A stretch of DNA of 64,000 bases from Promethearchaeota archaeon (GTDB taxonomy: Archaea > Asgardarchaeota > Lokiarchaeia > Sigyniarchaeales > SOKP01). The stretch is from positions 54,688 to 118,687 of the forward strand of contig JBHLOI010000004.1 of assembly GCA_048940645.1 (NCBI GenBank), read 5' to 3'. Below the pieces are notes generated by a model, which searched no databases, had not been told where the DNA came from, and saw only the letters and a list, made by a program, of their open reading frames with translations. Of this stretch, positions 51,580-60,834 are shown piece after piece (the stretch's first letter is position 1; every line of letters begins with the position of its first letter). A program made the position numbers and the translations under genes.

Positions 51580-52626
51580 CTATATAAATTCTGAAAAATA
51601 ACAAATTTTAGCTATTAGATTGGAGACTTGAATATCTGAGTCTAAACCATCAATTGCTCTAAAATCTGCGTTTGAAATTAAATCAATTAATTTGCACTTG
51701 CTAAACGTGCTAAGTGGTAACTTTAATAACTCACTGAGTAATAATTTAAAAATTTCATGAGGTGAATATTTGTAACTAGCTTGAATATTACGAGATAATT
51801 CTCTTGCTTTTGAAAAATCTCCTTTAAAGGATAATAATAATAAACTTCTAATTAATTCGCTTTGTGAGCTAATTAAATTATCATATAGTTTATTTGGATC
51901 AATATTTTTACTATTTATACTACTTAGTTGCAATAAATCAATGGCATTAGATATTTTACCCTCGGTTATTTTATAAAGCAGTTCAATCGTTTCATTTTTA
52001 ATGATTAATGATTCCTTATTAGCAATATCAAGAATTAGATTTTTAAACGATGTATAATCGGCTGCAGAAATTATTAAAAGTTGGCAACGACTGATAATAG
52101 GGTCTATAATACTTGAAACGTTAGTTGTGATTAAAATCATACGACAATTAGTACCATAACTCTCCATTAAACGTCGAAATCCTTGCTGATTTGACCCCAA
52201 CGCTTCAAAATTTTTTATAATTAAGATTTTAAACGAAGCTCCTCCAAATACTTTTAATTGGATAAATGGCTTAACTTTCAATTGTAAAAATGCGGGACTG
52301 GTAATTGTCCTTCCTGCTAAGCTCCCAATTTTGCTTTTTGAAACATATGCTTCAGTCCGAGCTTGTTTTCTTTCTTCGCTTGTCAGAGGTACATCTGCAT
52401 ATACTATCTTGAAATTTGGATTAAATAAATCACCTAAAAATGCTTTTGAAAATAATCTAGCTATAGTGGTTTTTCCAATGCCTTCTGGACCAACAAATAA
52501 TAGGTGAGGAAAATTGTTTGATTTAATAAAACTGTTTAACCTTCCTTTTAATTTATCTCTTCCACATATTTGTTCTAATGTGTTTGGTAAATATTTAACT
52601 CGCCAAATTGGAATTTCTTTACTCAA
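51580..52626 (-). CDS. Divergent RFC small subunit (degenerate Walker B and sensor 2, SRC finger intact)
   Basis: PHLLFVGPEGIGKTT; LIIKNFE replaces DEAD; RRLMESY..NCRMIL; IIDPIISRC; collar domain (DFRAIDG.DSDIQ). Confidence 0.88.
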   Translation of the reverse strand: MSKEIPIWRVKYLPNTLEQICGRDKLKGRLNSFIKSNNFPHLLFVGPEGIGKTTIARLFSKAFLGDLFNPNFKIVYADVPLTSEERKQARTEAYVSKSKIGSLAGRTITSPAFLQLKVKPFIQLKVFGGASFKILIIKNFEALGSNQQGFRRLMESYGTNCRMILITTNVSSIIDPIISRCQLLIISAADYTSFKNLILDIANKESLIIKNETIELLYKITEGKISNAIDLLQLSSINSKNIDPNKLYDNLISSQSELIRSLLLLSFKGDFSKARELSRNIQASYKYSPHEIFKLLLSELLKLPLSTFSKCKLIDLISNADFRAIDGLDSDIQVSNLIAKICYFSEFI

Positions 52627-52644
52627 TTATACCACTATAAGAGG

Positions 52645-53622
52645 CTAATTATTAATATTTTTAATTATTTCAGCAATAAGAGAGGTTAATTGAATATTTT
52701 TATCTCCCCCTTGACTTACTCGATAATCAATAGTACCAATATACGATAATATCGAATTCAACTTTTGATGATTAATGTTAAGTTTGGGAAGGATGTTTAT
52801 TAGCTGTTTTATAAAATTGCGACTATCAAAATTACTTACATCCTCCATAAGTTGTTTAGAAGCTTTAAAATCTTTAGTTTTAATTGTGTTAAATAATTTA
52901 TCTAAAGTTATATTGTCCAAGAAACCTGAAATTCTTAAAATTTCATTCAGATCTAAATTCTCTATTAATTCAAGTGCTACAGACATTTGTAGAGTATTAA
53001 TTGCTCTCCTTAGATCGCCACCAGATATAAAGAAAAGCGTTTTATAGAAGATTTCCTGTTTATCCTGAGGAAATTTTATTTTCTCTTGTTTAGTAATATA
53101 TTTCAATCTTTCAGTTATTTTACTTTCAGGCAGATTAACAAATCTAAATACAGCACATCTAGAAACAATCGGATCAATAATTCGATTAATATAATTACAT
53201 AATAATATAAATTTAACGTTGCTAGGCGCTTGTTCTATTATCCTCCTAAGAGCCTGCTGAACTTGACCTGGGATATTGTCTGCCTCATCTAGGATTATAA
53301 ATTTTAAAGAATTTTCGTCAATTATCATTTTTTGACTTACAAAATCTTTAATTACGCTTCTAACATAGTCCATTCTAACTGTATCTGAAGCGTTTAACTC
53401 GAGCACATTTCTAATATATTCTTCCCCTTTAATCATCTCCCTTGCAATAATTAATGCGGTACTTGTTTTTCCAGTGCCGGCTGGTCCAGAAAAAATCAAG
53501 TGAGGCATATTTCCAGAATTAGTAAACTTACGTAAATTATTTATTGCTACACTTTGACTAACTATTTCATCAAATTTCCTTGGTCTGTACTTTTCTACCC
53601 AGGGTTTTTCTAATTTATTCAA
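52645..53622 (-). CDS. rfcS: Replication factor C small subunit
   Basis: PWVEKYRP, GPAGTGKT, LELNASD, ILDEAD, SRC and GDLRRAIN motifs. Confidence 0.96.
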   Translation of the reverse strand: MNKLEKPWVEKYRPRKFDEIVSQSVAINNLRKFTNSGNMPHLIFSGPAGTGKTSTALIIAREMIKGEEYIRNVLELNASDTVRMDYVRSVIKDFVSQKMIIDENSLKFIILDEADNIPGQVQQALRRIIEQAPSNVKFILLCNYINRIIDPIVSRCAVFRFVNLPESKITERLKYITKQEKIKFPQDKQEIFYKTLFFISGGDLRRAINTLQMSVALELIENLDLNEILRISGFLDNITLDKLFNTIKTKDFKASKQLMEDVSNFDSRNFIKQLINILPKLNINHQKLNSILSYIGTIDYRVSQGGDKNIQLTSLIAEIIKNINN

Positions 53623-53648
53623 ATTTATAACTTTTTAATATTATTTAT

Positions 53649-54122
53649 TCAATCGTCAAATTTTTCTTTTGATAAATCCAATTCTAAAACTTCATAAACC
53701 TTCTTGAAATGCATTTTAGAATAGAGGTTGGCTGCTACTTTTGCTTTTTCTTTAATATTCACCTTTACTTTCTCAACTTTGATTTTTTGTAGATGTTCAA
53801 TAGCTTTTTTTATAAGCAATTCTCCTATACCTTTTCCCCGATAATCCTCTTTAAGAAATACTTGTTTAATATATCCTTCAGATGTCCCAAAAGGATCAAT
53901 TCGCAATTCAGCAACAATCATACCTATTACATCATCGTCCTTGTCCTCATCAATAGCAATTAATATTCCATGCCTTTGCAATTTATCATAAATTCTCCTA
54001 GAGATGCCCCAATCAAATCTTTTATGATCAAATTCTTGGCCCAACCCTTCCACAAGTTGCCTAGTAAGTTTTCTCAATGCATCAATTTGTTCAGGGCTGG
54101 CAAGATCTATTTTTATTGACAT
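53649..54122 (-). CDS. GNAT family N-acetyltransferase
   Basis: Motif A YRGKGIG and motif B A.NLYSKMHF. Confidence 0.9.
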   Translation of the reverse strand: MSIKIDLASPEQIDALRKLTRQLVEGLGQEFDHKRFDWGISRRIYDKLQRHGILIAIDEDKDDDVIGMIVAELRIDPFGTSEGYIKQVFLKEDYRGKGIGELLIKKAIEHLQKIKVEKVKVNIKEKAKVAANLYSKMHFKKVYEVLELDLSKEKFDD

Positions 54123-54348
54123 TTTTTTTTTCTTTTCTTTTATGAATAATAAAATATTATATACTCCTTCAAAATTTAAATTTACTTGACCTTCAATTAA
54201 TAAATTTGTTAATCCTATTTCCTAATCTTTTATAAATTTTAATTTTTTCAGATAATTAATCATATCAAAATTGATAACTCATTCAAAAAGTTAATAGAAA
54301 ATAAGAAAAAGAAAATAACTAGTAATGCAATAATTTTGGATTAACCAT

Positions 54349-54630
54349 TCAGCGAGCAGATACGCCATCCCAAGCTTTTACTTCAGGATCCACATAACCA
54401 CATACTGCACACTTTTGGTTGACCTCCCATGCTTCTAAGGCTGGATGTACCCGTGTAAATAATGATCCACATTGTTGGCAAATCAAATATTTTGCACCAC
54501 AGCTATCACACATTTTTAATTGTCCTTTTTCAACAAATCGAAATGCTCTGGCCATCCACTCGTCATGTACGAGCCGAAATGATTCACTACCGCACTGCTG
54601 GCAGTGTTTTCCATCAAAATCCTCGGTCAT
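54349..54630 (-). CDS. Small protein with four CxxCG knuckles (double zinc ribbon)
   Basis: CQQCG, CDSCG, CQQCG and CAVCG; GAGGAG SD. Confidence 0.85.
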   Translation of the reverse strand: MTEDFDGKHCQQCGSESFRLVHDEWMARAFRFVEKGQLKMCDSCGAKYLICQQCGSLFTRVHPALEAWEVNQKCAVCGYVDPEVKAWDGVSAR

Positions 54631-54763
54631 TTTTTCTCCTCGCTTTTAAAAAATACCTATTAATAATAACTGTCTTTTAAATTATTAATAGAACATATCT
54701 TTTAAAATTAAATGATTTACATAATTAATCTGAAATAAAATAGAAAATAATTTACAATTGAAA

Positions 54764-55087
54764 TTACATTTCAAGCTTCTTAGTAGAATTAACTTTTGTT
54801 CCTTTAGGATTAACTTTTTCAACTTCTCCAATTAATTGAAAAACCTTATCATCATTTAGAGCTTCACCGAATTTAATTAACATTTCTTTAGATCCTACAA
54901 ATAATCCTTTACGTTTCATGGGTGATCCATCATCTTTTAATGGATTAACCTCTAAAAATAATAGTGCTGGCCTTGTTTTGGTTGCAGGGACTTTAACTAC
55001 ATATACTCCTGGAACTGGGGTTTCCATCTTTTCCCAATCGGCACCTTTAGCTAAATGGTCTTTTAATTGATTTTGAATACTTGACAT
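54764..55087 (-). CDS. Conserved-looking archaeal hypothetical protein, possible PC4-like nucleic-acid binder
   Basis: Beta-rich LEVNP...G.P.KRKGL followed by a helix, resembling the PC4 P.KKGISL element. Confidence 0.6.
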   Translation of the reverse strand: MSSIQNQLKDHLAKGADWEKMETPVPGVYVVKVPATKTRPALLFLEVNPLKDDGSPMKRKGLFVGSKEMLIKFGEALNDDKVFQLIGEVEKVNPKGTKVNSTKKLEM

Positions 55088-55106
55088 TTTTATCTTTTCC
55101 TTATAA

Positions 55107-55140
55107 TTTACATTATGTTACATGTTACATATAATGTTAT
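55107..55140. repeat. ATGTTAC heptamer repeats in the divergent promoter region
   Basis: ATGTTAC at 55115 and 55122, ATGTTAT at 55134, and a partial TTTACAT at 55107. Confidence 0.7.
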
Positions 55141-55373
55141 ATATTTATATTTTTCTAATTTTATAAAAAAATATTTAAATATTTCAGTTTCACGGTTTAA
55201 AATTAGAAATATATAAACCAAATTTAAGTAATCTTCATTTTAAATAGTGAGGTTTTTTTTGTCGGATTTCTGGGGGTCGCTTTCCATTGAAAACTTTATA
55301 TATGAGCGTGATAATAATATAATACGTCAGTAATATCGAATATAAATAAACAGATATACTAGTGTGAAAGTAC

Positions 55374-55589
55374 ATGAGGTTAATCTCAGTTAACTTGCCA
55401 GAATCATATTTAAAAGTTTTAGAGATACTTGTTGCCGAAGGAAAGTTCCCAAATCGCTCAGAAGCCATAAGAGTGGGGATTAGAGATTTAATAAAAACAG
55501 AATATCTAATAGAAGAATCTGTAAAAAGGAATCTCAATCCTAGTATTATCCAAACAGATATAGAAAACCACATTCAAGAATTAATATAA
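55374..55589 (+). CDS. Ribbon-helix-helix regulator, CdrS/aCcr1-like
   Basis: MRLISVNLPE..L..LE.LV..GKFPNRSEAIR..IRDLI. BRE/TATA GAAAAC-TTTATATA at 55289-55302. Confidence 0.85.
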   Translation: MRLISVNLPESYLKVLEILVAEGKFPNRSEAIRVGIRDLIKTEYLIEESVKRNLNPSIIQTDIENHIQELI

Positions 55590-55632
55590 TTTTTTTCTTT
55601 TTTTTTTCTTATAATTCATAAATGTAGAACTA

Positions 55633-58600
55633 CTATTCCTTTTTTTCTAATAAATCTTTTACTCTTTTTCTACGTTCGGCTCTTCGAGCAGCAATCTTTA
55701 TTCTTAGAGAATCTTCTTCATCCTCAGCTTTTTCAATTTTTACCTTCTCTTCTACTTCTACTTTAATACCTAATTCTTTCTTAAAGGCATTAACTTTCTC
55801 TTTAATTATCGGAATATATTTTGTTCCTATGATCGTCTCTTTTAAATTGAATTTAGCCTCATTTAGTTCTGAGATGGCTTTCATAAATTGATTTCCTGAT
55901 AAAGATATCTGTGCTCTATCTAAAGCCTCATAAGCAATTTTAAATTTATCTACATTTTCATTACTCTCAACATCATCTCTAGTAATTAAAGGGACTTGGC
56001 TAGCATTCACTAATACATCAATTTGTTTATTTATTTGTTTTATTTGTTTTTTTTGACCGAATTTTTCCAATTTTCTAATAATCTTTTTGAATTTTAAGAT
56101 TGCTTCGTTATATTTCAAATCTTTTATAATATTATTTGCCTCATCTAGTTTTTCTTGTATAATTAATTCTCTCTGCTTTCTTTTTTCTTCTTTTTTAACT
56201 TTTTCAAGTTCTTTACGTTTTTCTTCAGCCTCCTTTAATAGAACTTCAAGCTCTTTTTCTTCTTCCAGTTTCCGTTTTTGCATAGCCCGAATTTTTTCTG
56301 TTTGTTTCATCTCCTTTTTAAGAATAAATAAAAGATCATTGTTAATGCGACTTACCTCATGGACCCAACCAATTTTTTCAAAGAGGTTTCTTCCCATAAT
56401 ATATTTTTCATAAGCTTCCTCAAATTTCTTTATGTTTTTTAATGCAGTTCCATCTTCTAATAACCTATATGCTTGTTCTGATACTCCTTTTTCATATTCT
56501 TGCTGCTTTTGTATTGCTAATATCTCTTTTTTTCGTTTTTGTTCTTGTAGATCTTTGAGATCTTGAGCTTTGGTAATCTGTTCCTCCAATTGGGCTTCCA
56601 TCTTCAACTTCTCCTCCTCTTTTTGTCTTAAAATCTTCTTCTCTCTTTCAATAGCTTCCTCTTTCTTTTTAATTACTTTGATAGACTCATTTACCATCCG
56701 TATTCCTTCTTGCCAATTGATTTCATCAAAAATTTTTTCACTATCTTTATAAAATCTTATAGCTTTCTCAAAGTTATTATGTTTCATTTCTTTTTTTGCT
56801 AGGTCCATGAAATTGAATGCTTGCTCTTTTTTTGCTTCATATTCTAAAGCTTGCTTTCTTTTTAACTCAAGTGCTTGCGTTTTTTGCTCCAATAACTTAG
56901 CTTCAGCTTCTCGTGCTAACTGCGCATCTAACTTTCTTTTTGTTTCTTTTTTCTTTTCTTCCTCTAATTTTTGAGTTTCTAAAGCTCTTAATCTGTTATC
57001 TGCTCCCAATTTTTCTTTATAATAATTAATTGAATCAGCTAGCTGCCCCGCTTGTTCATTCCATCCTATTGCTACAAACCGTTCTTTCGCATCTTTATAA
57101 ATGTTAATTATTTCCTGAAATGGAGAATCAATATTTAAAATTCCATCCTTCTTTTTAACTTCATATTCTTGAGCCAATCTCTCAGCTATATTGATTAAAT
57201 TAAATATAGCTTCTGTATCTTTAGTCTTCTCTTTCTTAAACTTTTCAAGATCCATAATTTTTTGCTCTCTAGCAAATGGTACTTGTTCAGGTATATATTT
57301 AGCTCTCGCTTTCTCTAATTTTACTTTTTCTAATTTTTGTTTTTCAATATCTCTTAAATTATCATCTCTTGCTTTCTTCCCTTTGTAAAAGTTGATGGTA
57401 TTAAGTAGTCTATGTGCTTCTTCTGTCCATCCTACTTGATTAAATAGATTTCTTGCTTTTTCATAATTAGAAATAGCTTTATCATATGGACTTTGGTAAA
57501 TAAGAATGTCTTTTTTCAAGCTTAATTCATAACTTTTTACCTCATTCTCAGCCTCATTTATAAGAATCATAGCTTCATCTAGCAACTTTTCATCCTCTGT
57601 ATCTCTCTTTTCAATTTCTTCTAATTTAGCCCTTATTGGTAGTTTAACCCCTTTAGGTTTCTTAAATGATTCTTTAAACTCCTGCTCTTTTCTTACTTTT
57701 TCTGCTTCTAATTCACGCAAATTCTTATCTTTTTTTAATTTTTCTTGGTAAAGTATAATTTGATTAGTATAGAGTTTTGCTTCCTCAGTCCAACCTTTTG
57801 CATAGACTTTTTCTCTAATATCTTTATAAATTTCAATGATTTTAGGAAAAGGGCAATCCTTTTCAAATTTTCCACGTTTAATAGCAAGTTCATATTCTCG
57901 TGCTTCTTTTTCTGCAACATCTATCATTTGATCAATTTCAGTTTCAAGGATTCCTTCAGCTTGTTCTAATTTCTTTTTTGCTTCAATATATTTAATTTTT
58001 TGAATATCTGTTCCAAGAATCTCACCCTCTTTTTTTATTCTTTTCATTTCTTCAAATTCTAATTGCTTTTTAGCTTTTTGGACTTCTAATTCTCGTACCT
58101 TCTTCTCTTTTTCAAATAAATCTGAATATTTACGGATTTGGTTCGAATAGATAGCTCCTTCTCTATCTAATCCTTTCTCTAAGACTAAATTTCTAGCTTG
58201 GGTATAGTTTTCTATAATTTCGGGATATTTTGACTCAAAATTTAAATTCCCTTTCTTGATACCTTTTTTAAACCTAATATCATATTCTCGGGCTAACTTT
58301 TCCGTATTATTGACTATTTTATCAACCACTCTTCTAAATTCTTCTTCTTCGCCTTCCAATCTTCGTTGTTCTTCTAAAATTTTTAAGCGCTCTAACTCTG
58401 AATCTGCAATTCTTTCTCCTTTTTTCATCTTTTGTAAATCTTCATATTGCCTTTGTTTTTCAAGTTTCTGAGCCTCAATTTGGCGCAATTTTTCATCCTT
58501 TTCTAATAAGTCGTAGTAGTGTCTTATTTGTTTGTTATAAATTTCTACCTGATCTGTCCAGCCCTTCTCAGCTACCTTTTCCTTTACTTCTTCATAAATA

Positions 58601-60156
58601 GCTATAACTTCTGGATAAATGCAATTTTCTAATAGATAGCCTCTTTTAATTGCTTTCTTCATTTCTAATTCATATTCTCTTGCTATTCTTTCAGCATTAC
58701 TTATCATTTTATCAACTACTCTTCTAAAATCTTCTTCTTCACCTTCCAATCGTCGTTGTTCTTCTATTAGTTTTAATCTATCGATATCTAACCCTGAAAT
58801 TTTTTCTTCTTTTTGTAATTTGTGTAATTCTTCATATTGCTTTTGTTTTTCAAGTTTCTGAGCCTCAACTTGACGTAATTTTCTATCTTTTACTAATAAA
58901 TCTTCGTAATGTTTTATTTGATTGGTATAAATTTTTGCTTGATCTATCCAACCTTTCTCTTCTATTTTTTTCTTTACTCCTTCATAGATGGCTATAACTT
59001 CTGGATATACGCAATTTTCTAATAGATAGCCTTTTTTAATTGCTTTTTTCATTGCTAAATCATATTCCCTAGCTAATTTCTCCGCATTATCAATCATTTC
59101 TGTAATTTGAGTTTTAAATAGTTCCTCTTCTATTTTCCTTTTTTCTATATCTGCTATTTTTTCTGCTTGAGCTTGCAATCTTATTTGTTCTTCAATTTGA
59201 GCTTTTTCAATCATTTCTGCCGCTTTTTGGTCTTCAAGCATTTTCTCTTCTTGGCCTCTTCTTATTTCCATATCTGCATTAAATTTAGCTTTTTGTTTTT
59301 CTAATTGTTCAATTGTATTTCTTACCTTTTTAGATTCATTTGACCAGCTGATATCTTCAAATAATGTCGCTCCTCGTAAATATAAATTAATTGCTTGATC
59401 ATATTGATGGATTTCAGCAAGTTCAGAAGCTTTACCTAATATTTCGAAAGCTTTACTCGATATTTCTTCTTCTCGTTTTTTAGCTTCTTCAAATGCGATA
59501 ATTCTTTGTTGTTTTAATTGTTCTTCACTCAATTCAGTTTGAGCTTTGGTTTTTATAGATTCTTGTATAGAGACGGATTCTTTTTTAGACCTTCTAAGAT
59601 ATTCAGCTTTTTTATTGTAGCATTTCTCAATTAATATATTTACCCTCTCAATTTCATCGTTATTATTTATTTTTTGAAATACTTCAATTGCTTCATCATA
59701 TTTGTCAAGGGCTTCCTCAAATTTTTCCATATTCATAAACTCTTTACCCTTTTCTATTATCTCATAAGCTTTATTAAAGATTTCTTTCTTATCCTCCTCT
59801 TTTTCAATCACATCAATGATTGTTTCCGTCTCAGCTTCCCGAAAATATTCCTCTTTTAATACATATATATCAGAAATTTTTTTATTGAGGGCTTCTATTT
59901 CAGCATTTTTATTAATCTGACTGTATAAACCAATTGCTTGACGTAAAACTTCTACTGCATCGTCATAATAATGCCCCTCAATTAAAGATAATGCGTGTAC
60001 TACTAATTCATATGCTTCAGATGATATTTCCTCTTCTATATTATCTAAATCAGCAAAAAATGTATCAAAATCACTTTCCCGAATTTCATCATCATTTCCA
60101 TCAAACTTTTCTTTTGAATTTTTATCATTATTATGATCATTCATGTTAACCATCAA
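55633..60156 (-). CDS. 1507-aa all-helical repeat protein (about 13 TPR/MIT-like modules joined by E/K-rich helices)
   Basis: Recurrent A...Y..A...F...GW motif separated by highly charged segments; no enzyme motifs. Confidence 0.85.
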   Translation of the reverse strand: MMVNMNDHNNDKNSKEKFDGNDDEIRESDFDTFFADLDNIEEEISSEAYELVVHALSLIEGHYYDDAVEVLRQAIGLYSQINKNAEIEALNKKISDIYVLKEEYFREAETETIIDVIEKEEDKKEIFNKAYEIIEKGKEFMNMEKFEEALDKYDEAIEVFQKINNNDEIERVNILIEKCYNKKAEYLRRSKKESVSIQESIKTKAQTELSEEQLKQQRIIAFEEAKKREEEISSKAFEILGKASELAEIHQYDQAINLYLRGATLFEDISWSNESKKVRNTIEQLEKQKAKFNADMEIRRGQEEKMLEDQKAAEMIEKAQIEEQIRLQAQAEKIADIEKRKIEEELFKTQITEMIDNAEKLAREYDLAMKKAIKKGYLLENCVYPEVIAIYEGVKKKIEEKGWIDQAKIYTNQIKHYEDLLVKDRKLRQVEAQKLEKQKQYEELHKLQKEEKISGLDIDRLKLIEEQRRLEGEEEDFRRVVDKMISNAERIAREYELEMKKAIKRGYLLENCIYPEVIAIYEEVKEKVAEKGWTDQVEIYNKQIRHYYDLLEKDEKLRQIEAQKLEKQRQYEDLQKMKKGERIADSELERLKILEEQRRLEGEEEEFRRVVDKIVNNTEKLAREYDIRFKKGIKKGNLNFESKYPEIIENYTQARNLVLEKGLDREGAIYSNQIRKYSDLFEKEKKVRELEVQKAKKQLEFEEMKRIKKEGEILGTDIQKIKYIEAKKKLEQAEGILETEIDQMIDVAEKEAREYELAIKRGKFEKDCPFPKIIEIYKDIREKVYAKGWTEEAKLYTNQIILYQEKLKKDKNLRELEAEKVRKEQEFKESFKKPKGVKLPIRAKLEEIEKRDTEDEKLLDEAMILINEAENEVKSYELSLKKDILIYQSPYDKAISNYEKARNLFNQVGWTEEAHRLLNTINFYKGKKARDDNLRDIEKQKLEKVKLEKARAKYIPEQVPFAREQKIMDLEKFKKEKTKDTEAIFNLINIAERLAQEYEVKKKDGILNIDSPFQEIINIYKDAKERFVAIGWNEQAGQLADSINYYKEKLGADNRLRALETQKLEEEKKKETKRKLDAQLAREAEAKLLEQKTQALELKRKQALEYEAKKEQAFNFMDLAKKEMKHNNFEKAIRFYKDSEKIFDEINWQEGIRMVNESIKVIKKKEEAIEREKKILRQKEEEKLKMEAQLEEQITKAQDLKDLQEQKRKKEILAIQKQQEYEKGVSEQAYRLLEDGTALKNIKKFEEAYEKYIMGRNLFEKIGWVHEVSRINNDLLFILKKEMKQTEKIRAMQKRKLEEEKELEVLLKEAEEKRKELEKVKKEEKRKQRELIIQEKLDEANNIIKDLKYNEAILKFKKIIRKLEKFGQKKQIKQINKQIDVLVNASQVPLITRDDVESNENVDKFKIAYEALDRAQISLSGNQFMKAISELNEAKFNLKETIIGTKYIPIIKEKVNAFKKELGIKVEVEEKVKIEKAEDEEDSLRIKIAARRAERRKRVKDLLEKKE
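58300..59100 (-). repeat. 390-bp (130-aa) intragenic tandem repeats
   Basis: GCAATTTTCTAATAGATAGCC at 58621 and 59011. The CTTCTTCTTC.CCTTCCAATC block occurs at 58341 and 58731. Confidence 0.9.
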
Positions 60157-60250
60157 ATTTGAAAATCTGTTTGAAAAGAATCTTATAAAATTCTCATAAA
60201 ATAATTAATATATCCAAACTAAATAATATAATTCAATAACCATTTAAAAA

Positions 60251-60266
60251 CTCATTTTAAAATGAG
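60251..60266. promoter_or_regulatory. Perfect 16-bp palindrome upstream of the giant repeat gene
   Basis: CTCATTTTAAAATGAG. Confidence 0.35.
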
Positions 60267-60305
60267 ATTCATATTTACTCTTCTTAATGAAAATATCAAA
60301 TTTCA

Positions 60306-60701
60306 TTATAGCTCTAATTTATGAATATTTTTATTAAGATAATCATCACAAATTTTTCCCCCTTCATTTGTTAATAACCAACCATTTACATCCTTTTTTA
60401 CTAATCCAAGCTCTTCAACTTCAGTTAAAATTTTCAATACATTTTCTTCAGACATACGAATATCAAAATCTACTCTTAAAGAAAACGCGATTTCATCGAT
60501 AGGGACCGAACCACCGAGCTCATCTTCCATTACACCCAAAGCAGCAATGACTTGGTGCTGATCTTCCATTAGTTTATTCATTTCAGTAGATACTTCATCA
60601 AGTAACCATGGATATTTCTCTAACATCTTTTTAATAGCTTTTTCGCTTCCACTCTTAAAGATTTCGTCAAATTCCTCGCGAATTTTCTTTTTTTTTCCCA
60701 T
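60306..60701 (-). CDS. Small protein with a C-terminal winged helix
   Basis: VPIDEIAFSL...VLKILTEVEELGLV...GWLLTNEG pattern. Confidence 0.7.
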   Translation of the reverse strand: MGKKKKIREEFDEIFKSGSEKAIKKMLEKYPWLLDEVSTEMNKLMEDQHQVIAALGVMEDELGGSVPIDEIAFSLRVDFDIRMSEENVLKILTEVEELGLVKKDVNGWLLTNEGGKICDDYLNKNIHKLEL

Positions 60702-60834
60702 TTAATTCACTTTATTTCTTCTAACAAAAATCCTTAATAATGGTAATTATCTTAATTATTAAAGCATTTTATAATCTAAAATAAATTTATATTTTTAATT
60801 TTAAGTAATAAAGTAATAACTATTTGGTGATCTC

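Noticed and set aside
55262-55294. GGGGG plus TTTCCATTGAAAAC, resembling an ORB origin box
   Set aside because: Single copy, with the G-string on the wrong side and no orc1/cdc6 in the window. The GAAAAC part is explained as the BRE of the RHH promoter.
55235-55573. 112-aa minus-strand ORF
   Set aside because: Antisense shadow of the RHH gene and its promoter.
58300-59100. Repeats as a CRISPR array or mobile element
   Set aside because: They are in-frame 390-bp coding repeats with no spacer structure or transposase.
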